DNA of 64,000 nt, from the NCBI GenBank assembly GCA_021513715.1, contig CP084167.1:3072001-3136000 (forward strand). Direction: 5' to 3'. This DNA comes from Candidatus Heimdallarchaeum endolithica. GTDB lineage: Archaea > Asgardarchaeota > Heimdallarchaeia > Heimdallarchaeales > Heimdallarchaeaceae. Each line of letters starts with the position of its first letter. The stretch's first letter is position 1. Positions 17,773 to 29,200 of this stretch are shown piece after piece. Position numbers and translations under genes: made by a program. The notes below the pieces were generated by a model that did not search any database, was not told where the DNA came from, and worked only from the letters and a program-made list of their open reading frames with translations.

Positions 17773-19629
17773 ATGAAACTTAAAGAGCTTATTGCTAATG
17801 AAGAAAAAAGAGCTCTGTGTTTAGGAAATGAAGCCATTGCTCGAGGAGCAATAGAAGCGGGAGTACAAGTTTTTGCAGCTTATCCTGGTACCCCTTCTTC
17901 AGAAGTTAGTATGGCTTTAAACGCAGCAGCTCCTGAATTAGGTTTTTACGCTGAATGGAGTGCAAATGAAAAAGTAGCCATGGAAATCGCTTATGCTGCT
18001 TCAATTAGTGGAAAAAGGGCTATGACTGCATGTAAACATGTAGGATTAAATGTTGCTGCTGATGTTTTCTATTCTTTCATGTACATGGGTTGTAAAGCCG
18101 GTTTTGTAACTGTAGTAGGAGACGACCCTCATTGCTTTAGCAGTCAAAATGAACAAGATTCAAGATGGTTAGGTGTATCTGCTAATTTTGTAATAGTAGA
18201 ACCATCAGATCCTCATGAAGCGAAAGAATTCACTAAAAGGGCATTTGATATAAGTGAAAAGTTCGGTGTTCCTATACTCTTAAGATCAACAACAAGAATC
18301 TCTCACGCGCGTGCAGATGTAAAATTCGAGAAATATGATGTTGATTTTACTTATAATAATGGTAACTTTGAAAAAACAAGACAATTTGTTTGTCTTCCTG
18401 CTTTAGCGAGAGCCAACCATCCAAAATTAGTACAAAAGATGAGAGAGATAGCTGAGTGGATACCTGAAAGCGGATTAACAAAAATAGAAGGACCAAAGGA
18501 GCATGAATATGGAATAATAACTTCTGGAATATCTTATGCTTATGTAAAAGATGCTCTACGTAATTTGGGGGTAGATCTACCTATTTTGAAATTAGGAATG
18601 GTTTCTCCACTTGATGAAAAATCAATTTTAGAATTTGCCAAAACTAAAAAACAAATAATATTCATAGAAGAAGTTGATCCTTACTTAGAAGATAGAATTT
18701 CTGCTCTATTTATGAAAAATGGTGTCCAAGTTAAAGTTCATGGAAAATATAATGGAATAACTAACTACTATCACGAGTTGAATTCTTATCTAGTAGCTCA
18801 TGCTATTGCTAAAGTTATAGGAATAGAAACTGAAAATGTTGATAAGATACAACAAGCTGTAGAAGAAACAAAAGAATATGTTCCTATTAGACCACCATTA
18901 TTCTGTGCTGGATGTCAACATAGAGCTACTTTTTATGAATTGTTGAAAGAAGTGAAGAAAAATAATGCTATTTTTGCTTCAGATATAGGTTGTTATTCCA
19001 TGGATCCTTGGGTAACCGATACAATAGTCTGTATGGGTGCATCGATAGGTATGGGTAACGGTTTCTCAAAAGTTATTACAGATAAACCAGTATTCGCAAT
19101 AATAGGAGATTCTACTTTCTTCCACACTGGTCTTCCTGCTCTAGCAAACGCAGTTTATAATAAAGCAAATCTAAATGTGTTAGTACTCGATAATAGAATG
19201 ACTGCGATGACAGGTTTTCAACCTAATCCAACAGAAGATATACCTATAGAAAATGTGGCTAAAGGAATGGGTGTAGATTATGTTGTAGAATTCGACCCCT
19301 ATGACTTTGAAAACTCGAAAAAAGTAATAAGAGAAGCAATAGAACACGAGGGACCAACTGTCCTTATAATGAGAAAAATATGCGCAAATGAATGGTGGAG
19401 ACAAACAAGAAGAAAAGGAATAAAAATAGAGACATATGAAATAGACCCTGAACTATGTACTGCTTGCGGAATATGTTTAGTGCAATATCAATGTCCTGCA
19501 ATCTCTTGGAGTCTAGATACAAATTCAAAAGGAAAAAGATATGCAGTAATAGATCCTTCAATGTGTACAGGTTGCAGCGTGTGTTCTCAGATATGTCCAT
19601 CAGGAGCAATATCTAAAAGAAAGGAGTAA
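17773..19629 (+). CDS. iorA: Indolepyruvate:ferredoxin oxidoreductase alpha subunit
   Basis: GNEAIARG, YPGTPSSE, KHVGLNVA, SQNEQD, CAGC, GDSTFFH, and a C-terminal 2x[4Fe-4S] domain. Confidence 0.95.
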   Translation: MKLKELIANEEKRALCLGNEAIARGAIEAGVQVFAAYPGTPSSEVSMALNAAAPELGFYAEWSANEKVAMEIAYAASISGKRAMTACKHVGLNVAADVFYSFMYMGCKAGFVTVVGDDPHCFSSQNEQDSRWLGVSANFVIVEPSDPHEAKEFTKRAFDISEKFGVPILLRSTTRISHARADVKFEKYDVDFTYNNGNFEKTRQFVCLPALARANHPKLVQKMREIAEWIPESGLTKIEGPKEHEYGIITSGISYAYVKDALRNLGVDLPILKLGMVSPLDEKSILEFAKTKKQIIFIEEVDPYLEDRISALFMKNGVQVKVHGKYNGITNYYHELNSYLVAHAIAKVIGIETENVDKIQQAVEETKEYVPIRPPLFCAGCQHRATFYELLKEVKKNNAIFASDIGCYSMDPWVTDTIVCMGASIGMGNGFSKVITDKPVFAIIGDSTFFHTGLPALANAVYNKANLNVLVLDNRMTAMTGFQPNPTEDIPIENVAKGMGVDYVVEFDPYDFENSKKVIREAIEHEGPTVLIMRKICANEWWRQTRRKGIKIETYEIDPELCTACGICLVQYQCPAISWSLDTNSKGKRYAVIDPSMCTGCSVCSQICPSGAISKRKE

Positions 19630-20238
19630 GTGATGAAAATGACAAAAGAATACAGTATGGTAATCGTTGGCGTGGGAGGACAAGGTATACTCACCATTTC
19701 AGATATCATCTCGATCGCTACAAGAAAGAAAGGATGGCATATACTAGGTTCTGAAGTGCATGGAATGGCTCAAAAAGGAGGTTCTGTAATAACAAATCTG
19801 AAAATAGGTGAAGAACTTTATTCGCCAACTATTCCTGTAGGAGGGGCAGAACTACTAGTAGGATTAGAACAAAACGAAACTTTAAGGTTTATCCAATACC
19901 TTAAACCAGGAGGAAAAGTGATTTCAGCCAAAACTGTTCTTTACCCTGTAGGTTGGAAGAAAAACAAGAAAGCAGCTGATGAAGCTAGAGAAAAAATAGC
20001 AGAGAATCTAGCTAAATTCGATGCAAAAGTGATAATGATTGATTCAGAAAAGTTAGCTCTAGAAGCAGGGTTAGCTCTAGCTCAAAATATTGTCATGCTA
20101 GGAGCATTATCACAAGTTGAAGGTTTTCCTTTAACTGAAGAAGAACTAAGAGAAGCTCTAAAAGAAAGAGTACCTCCAAAATACTTGGAACCAAATCTAA
20201 AAGCTTTTGAACTTGGGATTCAAAGCATGAAATCCTAA
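19630..20238 (+). CDS. iorB: Indolepyruvate:ferredoxin oxidoreductase beta subunit
   Basis: GVGGQG, SEVHGMAQKGGSV, NIVMLG. Confidence 0.95.
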   Translation: MMKMTKEYSMVIVGVGGQGILTISDIISIATRKKGWHILGSEVHGMAQKGGSVITNLKIGEELYSPTIPVGGAELLVGLEQNETLRFIQYLKPGGKVISAKTVLYPVGWKKNKKAADEAREKIAENLAKFDAKVIMIDSEKLALEAGLALAQNIVMLGALSQVEGFPLTEEELREALKERVPPKYLEPNLKAFELGIQSMKS

Positions 20239-20329
20239 TTCTTTTTTTTTATTATATTAATTTTGTATTCAATATTGAAAATATAAGAAAAAATTGAAGT
20301 AAAAGAAAAAGAAAAAATAGCTATCCAGC

Positions 20330-20638
20330 TTATTTTAATAAATCTTCTTCTTCAGGAAGTCGAACAGTATCAATAATCTGCTCTCCAACTACAACTTCAT
20401 CTACACTGTGGATAGAACAACCATAGTCACGTAAAGTTTCTTCTATTAATTCATAGTCTAGATCTTGTCCAACCATAGTTACAATAATCCCTTCAGTACT
20501 TCTATCAGTTTCAGTTCGAATGATGTTAACAGAATCTAAACCCTCAAGTTTACCTAGGTCAAGAGCTAAAACATCTATTCTAGGTTGATGAGGTTTCAAA
20601 ACATCCAATACTAATCTTCTAATTCTTGGATCCTTCAT
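20330..20638 (-). CDS. DUF211-family archaeal protein
   Basis: RRLVLDVLKPH...SIHSVDEV signature. Confidence 0.85.
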   Translation of the reverse strand: MKDPRIRRLVLDVLKPHQPRIDVLALDLGKLEGLDSVNIIRTETDRSTEGIIVTMVGQDLDYELIEETLRDYGCSIHSVDEVVVGEQIIDTVRLPEEEDLLK

Positions 20639-20736
20639 TTTCTTTTACCAGTTAAATATTTAGTAAAGAACAAGAAAAAATCAAGAATATAAGTATTATT
20701 ATTAATCGATAAGCAGTTGTTGAACAAGAAAAAAAA

Positions 20737-21516
20737 CTATTTAGAAAGTTTTAGTTTGAAAATTCCAGGAAAATAATATTGACCTGTTTCTTCATCTTCA
20801 ATAGCCAATCCAACTTCTACCATCTTAGATAATGTGTCTAGTGCTCTTTCTGAAGACCAACCTAAATGGGAAACAAGAATATCTTTAGTTAGAGATTCTA
20901 ACCCTGTAGCTAACTGAAGAACAGCACGAAAATCAGAAGATGTTTCCAAAGGCTTGAATCTGATTAATACTTCATCTTCTCCAAGGTCAACTTCAGGGGG
21001 AATGACTTTATCTTTCTGGAGAGAGCGAATAGCTCTGATGATGTGACTAGGACTAACTTCCCAATTAGGACGAGTTTCTTTAAAGTAATTAATAAAATTA
21101 CCTAAAGTAATAGCTCCACCAAATTCATCTAATTCCTCATTACCGATTAAAAGTATTTCTTGTCTGAGTTTCTGTTCAAACCCTTTACTACCAAAAAGAA
21201 CAGGATTTTTCATTTTTCCTGCAGTACCAATTGAACCACTAAGTCCAGCTTGTTTGCGCAACTCCATGATTTTATTAACTAAAAGTTTGGAAGATTTTAG
21301 GAGTCTCTTTGATTCCTTTTCAACCCTAATAATTCCTTCTTTGAGAATCTCTTTACGCTTTTGCTTATCTTTTTCTTGGGTGGAAACTAAATCAGTATCA
21401 AACGCTTTATACGCTTGTGAAAGAGAAGAACGAAAATCATCATTAGAAATTTCTTCAGTTTCTTTTTTATCGTCCTTGCTTTCTTTATTCCCTTTTCCTT
21501 TTCCCATTAGTATCAT
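20737..21516 (-). CDS. ESCRT-II Vps22/Vps36-like (EAP30 domain) tandem winged-helix protein
   Basis: F...L..EIL......GGAITL...VSPSHIIRAIRSL...LGWSSERALDTL..MVEVGLA..D...YYFPG matches the Vps22/36 WH repeats. Start is probably 21516 or 21507 rather than 21552. Confidence 0.8.
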   Translation of the reverse strand: MILMGKGKGNKESKDDKKETEEISNDDFRSSLSQAYKAFDTDLVSTQEKDKQKRKEILKEGIIRVEKESKRLLKSSKLLVNKIMELRKQAGLSGSIGTAGKMKNPVLFGSKGFEQKLRQEILLIGNEELDEFGGAITLGNFINYFKETRPNWEVSPSHIIRAIRSLQKDKVIPPEVDLGEDEVLIRFKPLETSSDFRAVLQLATGLESLTKDILVSHLGWSSERALDTLSKMVEVGLAIEDEETGQYYFPGIFKLKLSK

Positions 21517-21762
21517 GAGAAAATAAACAGCATTATTTAAAAAACTATTCAATTCAAAAAACCAGCATTTTTCAGAGGTAAAAAAAACTATTTGACTTGT
21601 TCTAGCTACTCTAGTTAATTTCTGTTTAATCCAAACATTAAAAACGTTTGTAGCTAAAGAAGCTCTAGGTCTAAAGAATATTAAGATTAGGATTTAAAAA
21701 TATTAAAACAAAAATCAAAAATATATTAATAAATTAGAACAGAAACAAATAAACAATTTATA

Positions 21763-23130
21763 GTGATGCTTATGAAAAATTTACAAATTACTGCTTACGG
21801 CGCAACCAACTTCGTAGGAAGAAGTGCTTTTACAATAAGCGATAAAGATAGAACAGTGATGTTAGACTGTGGAATAGAACTAGTGCCAAAGAAACTGTCT
21901 ATAGCACCAAAAGGTGTAGATGCAATAGCTAAAAATGTAGACGCTTTTTTGCTCAGCCATGCACATATCGACCATTCAGGATATGTTCCTAAACTAGCTC
22001 AGAAAGGGTATAGAGGAAAATTCTATATGACCCATCCAACAAAAGATATAGTTTTTAGATTATGGTTAGATCATCTGAAAATAGAGGGAGAAAGACATTG
22101 GACAGAAGATGATCTGGATAAAACATTCAATAGAATAGTGACAAAAAAATATCATGAAAAATTCAAAATAGCAGATGGAATAACTGCAGAATTTATAAAT
22201 GCTGGACATATTTTAGGTGCAGCGCAAATTTTAATAGATTGGGACGGACAACTGATATTATATTCAGGAGATATAAACGACAGACAAACACCTTTCTTTG
22301 ATGGATTTGAATATCCAGAAGAAGAAGTGGATATTCTAATTACAGAAAGTACAAATGGAGATAGATATGTCCCAGAGAGAAAAAAGATAGATGTAGGTTT
22401 TAGATTACTCTCAAAACAAGTAGCAGAAAGCGGAAATAAGATGCTTCTACCCAGTTTTGCAGTAGGAAGATCACAAGAACTACTAACAACTTTAGCTTTT
22501 GACGATGATATAGACGATGTACCAATATATACTGATGGAATGATAAACATGATGAATACACTAACAGAAGCGTATCTAACAAAAGATTGGGTGTCTGATA
22601 GATTTCTGAAAGAATTGAAAAGTAGAAAAATGAATTCACCGTTTGATAAAGAGAATATTATTCCAATAAATAGAGCTCAATCTCCACATCAATTCAGAAG
22701 ACAAATAGCTAAAAGTAAAGAAGGAGCAATTATAGTAACAACTTCAGGAATGCTAGAAGGAGGACCAATACATACTTACCTGGATTTCTGCGCAGGAAAT
22801 GAAAACAATACACTAGGTTTCACAGGCTATCAAGTAGAAGGAACAATAGGGAGAGAGTTATACGATGGAGCAGAAGAAATAACAATATTTAATGATAGAA
22901 GATTTAATCACCCGAAAAAAATAAAGGTAAAATGTAAAATAATGAAATTCCCATATTCAGGACATAGTTCAGCAGAAGGGCTAGCAAAATACGTGAAAAA
23001 AATAAATGCAAAAAAAGTAATTCTAGTTCATGGAGTAGAAAAGAATCAATTGTATCTAAGAAACTTGATAAAAGAATACTCCCATCCCATAACTCTAGAA
23101 GAAAATAAACCAGAAGTATTTAAAATGTGA
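21763..23130 (+). CDS. MBL-fold beta-CASP ribonuclease (aCPSF2-like, no KH domains)
   Basis: DCG, SHAHIDHSG, AGHILG, SGD, EST, FAVGRSQE, SGH, VHG. Confidence 0.92.
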   Translation: MMLMKNLQITAYGATNFVGRSAFTISDKDRTVMLDCGIELVPKKLSIAPKGVDAIAKNVDAFLLSHAHIDHSGYVPKLAQKGYRGKFYMTHPTKDIVFRLWLDHLKIEGERHWTEDDLDKTFNRIVTKKYHEKFKIADGITAEFINAGHILGAAQILIDWDGQLILYSGDINDRQTPFFDGFEYPEEEVDILITESTNGDRYVPERKKIDVGFRLLSKQVAESGNKMLLPSFAVGRSQELLTTLAFDDDIDDVPIYTDGMINMMNTLTEAYLTKDWVSDRFLKELKSRKMNSPFDKENIIPINRAQSPHQFRRQIAKSKEGAIIVTTSGMLEGGPIHTYLDFCAGNENNTLGFTGYQVEGTIGRELYDGAEEITIFNDRRFNHPKKIKVKCKIMKFPYSGHSSAEGLAKYVKKINAKKVILVHGVEKNQLYLRNLIKEYSHPITLEENKPEVFKM

Positions 23131-23277
23131 ACCTTCTTTTTTATTTTGTAGAGATATAATTAGGATTTATTTATCAATTTAGTGAAAAATATCAGAAAAA
23201 GAAAAGGAATAGCCAGTTCTATATTATAAACAAAGATAAGAGAAACATTTATTAAAAAAAAATTAGCATTAATAACC

Positions 23278-26200
23278 ATGTTGTCTGATGCCAAAATTTC
23301 TTTTTTACTTATTTTAATAATTTTACCTAGTTTTACTATAATGTATGAAAATGTTAATATTCAAACCTCCAACTTGAAAAATGAAGAGAATAATAAAAAT
23401 AAAATTTATTCGTTAAATAATAGTGATAACAAAAAAATAAGTAGAAATACGAATCAAAATAATTATAATAATATAAGGTATAACACAAAAAATAATGATT
23501 TTGATAAAATCTATTTTTCTTCTTTACCAGAAAAAGCTAAATGGGTAGAAAGAAATGAATCTTTTACTGGTAGAGTTTTATACTCATTATGTGATTTAGA
23601 TGAAGATAAAATCCCAGAAATTATTACATTTTCTGATGTTAATGGACAAATTCAAGATAGAAGAGAACCAGGTTACACTAAATTTTTAGAATATAATGAA
23701 ACTACAGGAACTTTTTCTAATGAACTTTTGAGTATTAGCACTATAGGACCAACTATTTACTATCCTGTTGAAGCATATACAGATAACGAAGCATATCTAC
23801 TAGAAAAAACATTTTCTGATAATTATCCTGATAACATTTTTGTCTGGAAAAAGTGGAATGGAACTGGACTTGTAAATGTTTCTTCAGAAACTTACATTAA
23901 GAATGATGGATTATATGATTGTGATAGTTATGATTTTGACTTAGATGGAAATGTAGATTTAGTTTGTAATTGGGGTTATTACACTGGTTTATGGACTAGA
24001 TTAGAATTAGAAAATGGGCTTTTTTCTTCTACTGATTATTCATTTTATAATGGTGGTAGATCTATTTTTGTGAGTGATTTAGATAACGATGGTAATCCAA
24101 ATGTAGCTGTATTATACGCATCTGGTAAAATAAACATTTATAATTATAACCCAAGTATAAACGATTTCCAATTTCAACAACAAATATCAGGAATTAGCTC
24201 ACTAAAAGTTATGTATCCATGGGATTATGACCATAATGGTTATACTGATATTATAGTTGTTTCCACACCGTCTGAAGCTGTTATTTATTCTTATGAATGG
24301 GATAGTACTTCTTCATCTTATATCCAAAAATTGTCATATGCAATTCCTGGAGCAACAGGTAGTCAATGGACTGGAATTCCTCGATACTGTGATTTGCTAG
24401 GAAATGGAGAAATAACAATGGTTTTTGATATTGTTCGTAATTCTCGTTCAGAGATAGGCTTTATCACTTACGAAAATAATAACTTTGTTTTTAATTCCAT
24501 CTACAACCATACAGATAGTTCAAAAATTTTTCCTATAACAGCTCAAATTGATGATGATGCAGAAAGGGAAGTACTGGTAAACTATGAAAAGAATGTAGAT
24601 GAATATTATACAAAAATATTAGATTTGGAAGCGTTTAATGAGAGTCGGTATTTTGAAACATTTGATACTAATATTTTTGATTCTTCACCAAATTCACTGT
24701 ACTCTTGGAGTAAAAGTGGCAGTAGTGTGATTGTATCAGATGGGCTGTTAAAAATTTTGGCTGATGGAACAAATGATGATTATGCAAAAATTAGTTTGTC
24801 TAATGAAACCAGATCTATTCAGATTAGAGCAAGAGTAACATTAAATGGCGATAAATATTCATATCCAGAAATAATAATAAAAAATGACAATGCTGATATA
24901 ATAGCTAATTTCACTTTTAGTCAAATTGATGGATGGAGATTACCTCAATTAGGTTATTTAAGAGATTATAGAGGCCCAACAGTAAAAGGTGTTTGGTATG
25001 ATTTAATGATCAATTTTGGGGATAATTCATTAACATTTTATACAAAAAAACCTTATCAAGATTATTGGAGATATATTGCCAGATTCAACATTAGTGGTAA
25101 TTTGAACAATTTATTCTTTTATCAACGTAATAATGCAGAAATAGAAATTGAATCTGTAGATATATATTATAGTGGATATGATACTGATTCTGATGGTTTG
25201 ACTGATAATGATGAGCTTAACATTTATTTTACTGACCCTAATAATAATGACACTGACAGTGATGGTATGTCTGATGGTTGGGAGGTTGGTAACAGTCTGG
25301 ATCCTTTAACTGATGATTCTTCATTAGATCCTGATAGTGACGCTTTAACTAACTTGAATGAATATCAAGCTGGTACTGACCCTAATGATTCTGATACCGA
25401 TAATGATGGTTTAGTCGATGGTGATGAGGTTAATACTTATTTTACTGACCCTACTGTTAGTGACACTGACAGTGATGGTTTAGTCGATGGTTGGGAAGTA
25501 GACAACAGTTTGGATCCTTTAACTGATGATTCTTCATTAGACCCTGATAGTGACGCTTTAACTAACTTGGGTGAATATCAAGCTGGTACTGACCCTAATG
25601 ATTCTGATACCGATAATGATGGTTTAGTCGATGGTGATGAGGTTAATACTTATTTTACTGACCCTAATAATAATGACACTGACAGTGATGGTATGTCTGA
25701 TGGTTGGGAAGTAGACAACAGTCTGGATCCTTTAACTGATGATTCTTCATTAGACCCTGATAGTGACGCTTTAACTAACTTGGATGAATATCAAGCTGGT
25801 ACTGACCCTACTGTTAGTGACACTGACAGTGATGGTATGCTTGATGGTTGGGAGATAGGTTGTGGTTTAGACCCTCTTGTTGATGATTCTTCATTAGACC
25901 CTGATAACGATGGATTAACTAACTTGGATGAATATCAAGCTGGTACTGACCCTAATGATTCTGATACCGATAGTGATGGTTTAATTGATGGTGATGAGGT
26001 TAATACTTATTCTACTGACCCTAATGATTCTGATACCGATAGTGATGGTTTAATTGATGGTGATGAGGTTAATACTTATTCTACTGACCCTACTAATAAT
26101 GACACTGACAGTGATGGTTTAATTGATGGTGATGAGGTTAATACTTATTCTACTAACCCTGTTGATTCTGACACTGATTCTGATGGACTAACAGATGGTG

Positions 26201-29200
26201 ACGAAGTCAATATTTATAGTACTGACCCTAACAATTCTGACACTGACAGTGATGGTATGCTTGATGGTTGGGAAGCGGATAATAGTCTGGATCCTTTAAC
26301 TGATGATTCTTCATTAGATCCTGATAGTGACGCTTTAACTAACTTGAATGAATATCAAGCTGGTACTGACCCTAATGATTCTGATACCGATAATGATGGT
26401 TTAATTGATGGCGATGAGGTTAATATTTATTCTACTGACCCTACTAATAATGACACTGACAGTGATGGTATGCTTGATGGTTGGGAGATAGGTTGTGGTT
26501 TAGACCCTCTTGTTGATGATTCTTCATTAGACCCTGATACCGATGGATTAACTAACTTGGAGGAGTATACTAACTCTACTGACCCTACTAATAATGATAC
26601 TGACAGTGATGGTTTAGTCGATGGTGATGAGGTTAACATTTATTTTACTGACCCTAATAATAATGACACTGACAGTGATGGTATGTCTGATGGTTGGGAA
26701 GCGGGTAACAGTCTGGATCCTTTAATTGATGATTCTTCATTAGACCCTGATAGTGACGCTTTAACTAACTTGGATGAATATCAAGCTGGTACTGACCCTA
26801 ATGATTCTGATACCGATAATGATGGTTTAGTCGATGGTGATGAGGTTAATACTTATTCTACTGACCCTACTAATAATGACACTGACAGTGATGGTATGTC
26901 TGATAGTTGGGAAGTAGACAACAGTCTGGATCCTTTAACTGATGATTCTTCATTAGACCCTGATAGTGACGCTTTAACTAACTTGGATGAATATCAAGCT
27001 GGTACTGACCCTAATGATTCTGATACCGATAATGATGGTTTAGTCGATGGTGATGAGGTTAATACTTATTCTACTGACCCTACTAATAATGACACTGACA
27101 GTGATGGTATGCTTGATGGTTGGGAAGCGGGTAACAGTCTGGATCCTTTAATTGATGATTCTTCATTAGACCCTGATACCGATGGATTAACTAACTTGGA
27201 GGAGTATATTAACTCAATTGATCCCAATAATAATGACACTGACAGTGATGGTTTAATTGATGGTGATGAGGTTAATATTTATTCTACTGACCCTACTAAT
27301 AATGACACTGACAGTGATGGTATGTCTGATAGTTGGGAAGTAGACAACAGTCTGGATCCTTTAACTGATGATTCTTCATTAGATCCTGATAGTGACGCTT
27401 TAACTAACTTGGATGAATATCAAGCTGGTACTGACCCTAATGATTCTGATACCGATAATGATGGTTTAGTCGATGGTGATGAGGTTAATACTTATTCTAC
27501 TGACCCTACTAATAATGACACTGACAGTGATGGTATGCTTGATGGTTGGGAAGCGGATAACAGTCTGGATCCTTTAATTGATGATTCTTCATTAGACCCT
27601 GATACCGATGGATTAACTAACTTGGAGGAGTATATTAACTCAATTGATCCCAATAATAATGACACTGACAGTGATGGTATGCTTGATGGTTGGGAAGTAG
27701 ACAACAGTCTGGACCCTTTAATTGATGATTCTTCATTAGATCCTGATAGTGACGCTTTAACTAACTTGGATGAATATCAAGCTGGTACTGACCCTAATGA
27801 TTCTGATACCGATAGTGATGGTTTAATTGATGGTGATGAGGTTAATACTTATTCTACTGACCCTAATGATTCTGATACCGATAGTGATGGTTTAATTGAT
27901 GGTGATGAGGTTAATACTTATTCTACTGACCCTACTAATAATGACACTGACAGTGATGGTTTAATTGATGGTGATGAGGTTAATACTTATTCTACTAACC
28001 CTGTTGATTCTGACACTGATTCTGATGGACTAACAGATGGTGACGAAGTCAATATTTATAGTACTGACCCTAACAATTCTGACACTGATGATGATGGTAT
28101 GCCTGATGGTTGGGAAGTAGAGAATAGTTTAGACCCTTTAACTAATGATTCTTCTTTAGACTCTGACAATGATGGATTAACTAATATTGAAGAATATTCT
28201 AACTCTACCGACCCCAATAATAGTGATACTGATTCTGATGGTTTAACTGATGGCGAAGAAGTCAATACTTACGGTACTGACCCTTTGGTTTCTGACACTG
28301 ATTCTGATGGTATACCTGATGGTTGGGAAGTAGACAACGACTTGAATCCTTTGACTAAAGATAGTTCATATGATAATGATGATGATATGTTGTCAAACTA
28401 TTATGAGTATGTCTATCACACTGACCCTAATGATCCTGATACTGATGATGATGAATTAGATGATTATAAGGAAGTAATGGTTTTTCATACTGATCCTTTG
28501 GATTCTGATACAGATAATGACGGTTTAACAGATGGTGAAGAAGTAAACATATATTCAACTAATCCCAAGAAATCTGACAGTGACAATGACGGTGTTTCAG
28601 ATGGTGATGAGGTGAATGTTTACAGAACTGACCCTCTTGATTCTGACACTGATTCTGATGGTATCTCTGATGGAGAAGAAATAAAACAAGGTAAGAATCC
28701 TAAAACTCCTTTAATCATTGTTTCTTTAATGCTATTATTTGGTAGCCAGCGTAATATAATTATTGCAGGGGTAGGAATTACAGTAGTATTTGTAGTAATT
28801 TCTTTATTAGTTATAGTTACAATTAAAAAGAGAAAAAGGAAAGAAAGAGAAATAAAGAAGAAAAGAATAAGCAAAAGAAAAAAAACTCTATTAAACATTT
28901 TTAACGATAAGTTAAGTTCAATTGAAAATGATTGGCTATGGATAGAGAAAACTCAAAAATTAGGTCAAAATTTATTCAACCCTGAATATTCTGAGAAAAT
29001 ATCAGAATTGTTTGTGAATACAATCAATCTTTTAGTAGACTTTAATTACAGTTTCACAGAAAATATCAGATATTTAACAAATCCTAATTGGTTAGATTTA
29101 AAGAAGCGATTAAATACATTACTTGATAAATTTAGAAATTTCTTACTAAGAGAACTAAAAGAAATTGATGTTAATGAGAAATTTAACGAAATCAGTGAAG

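Noticed and set aside
25180-28701. Possible CRISPR array or non-coding tandem repeat
   Set aside because: Units are multiples of 3 bp, lie in one open frame, and have no unique spacers. No cas genes are present.
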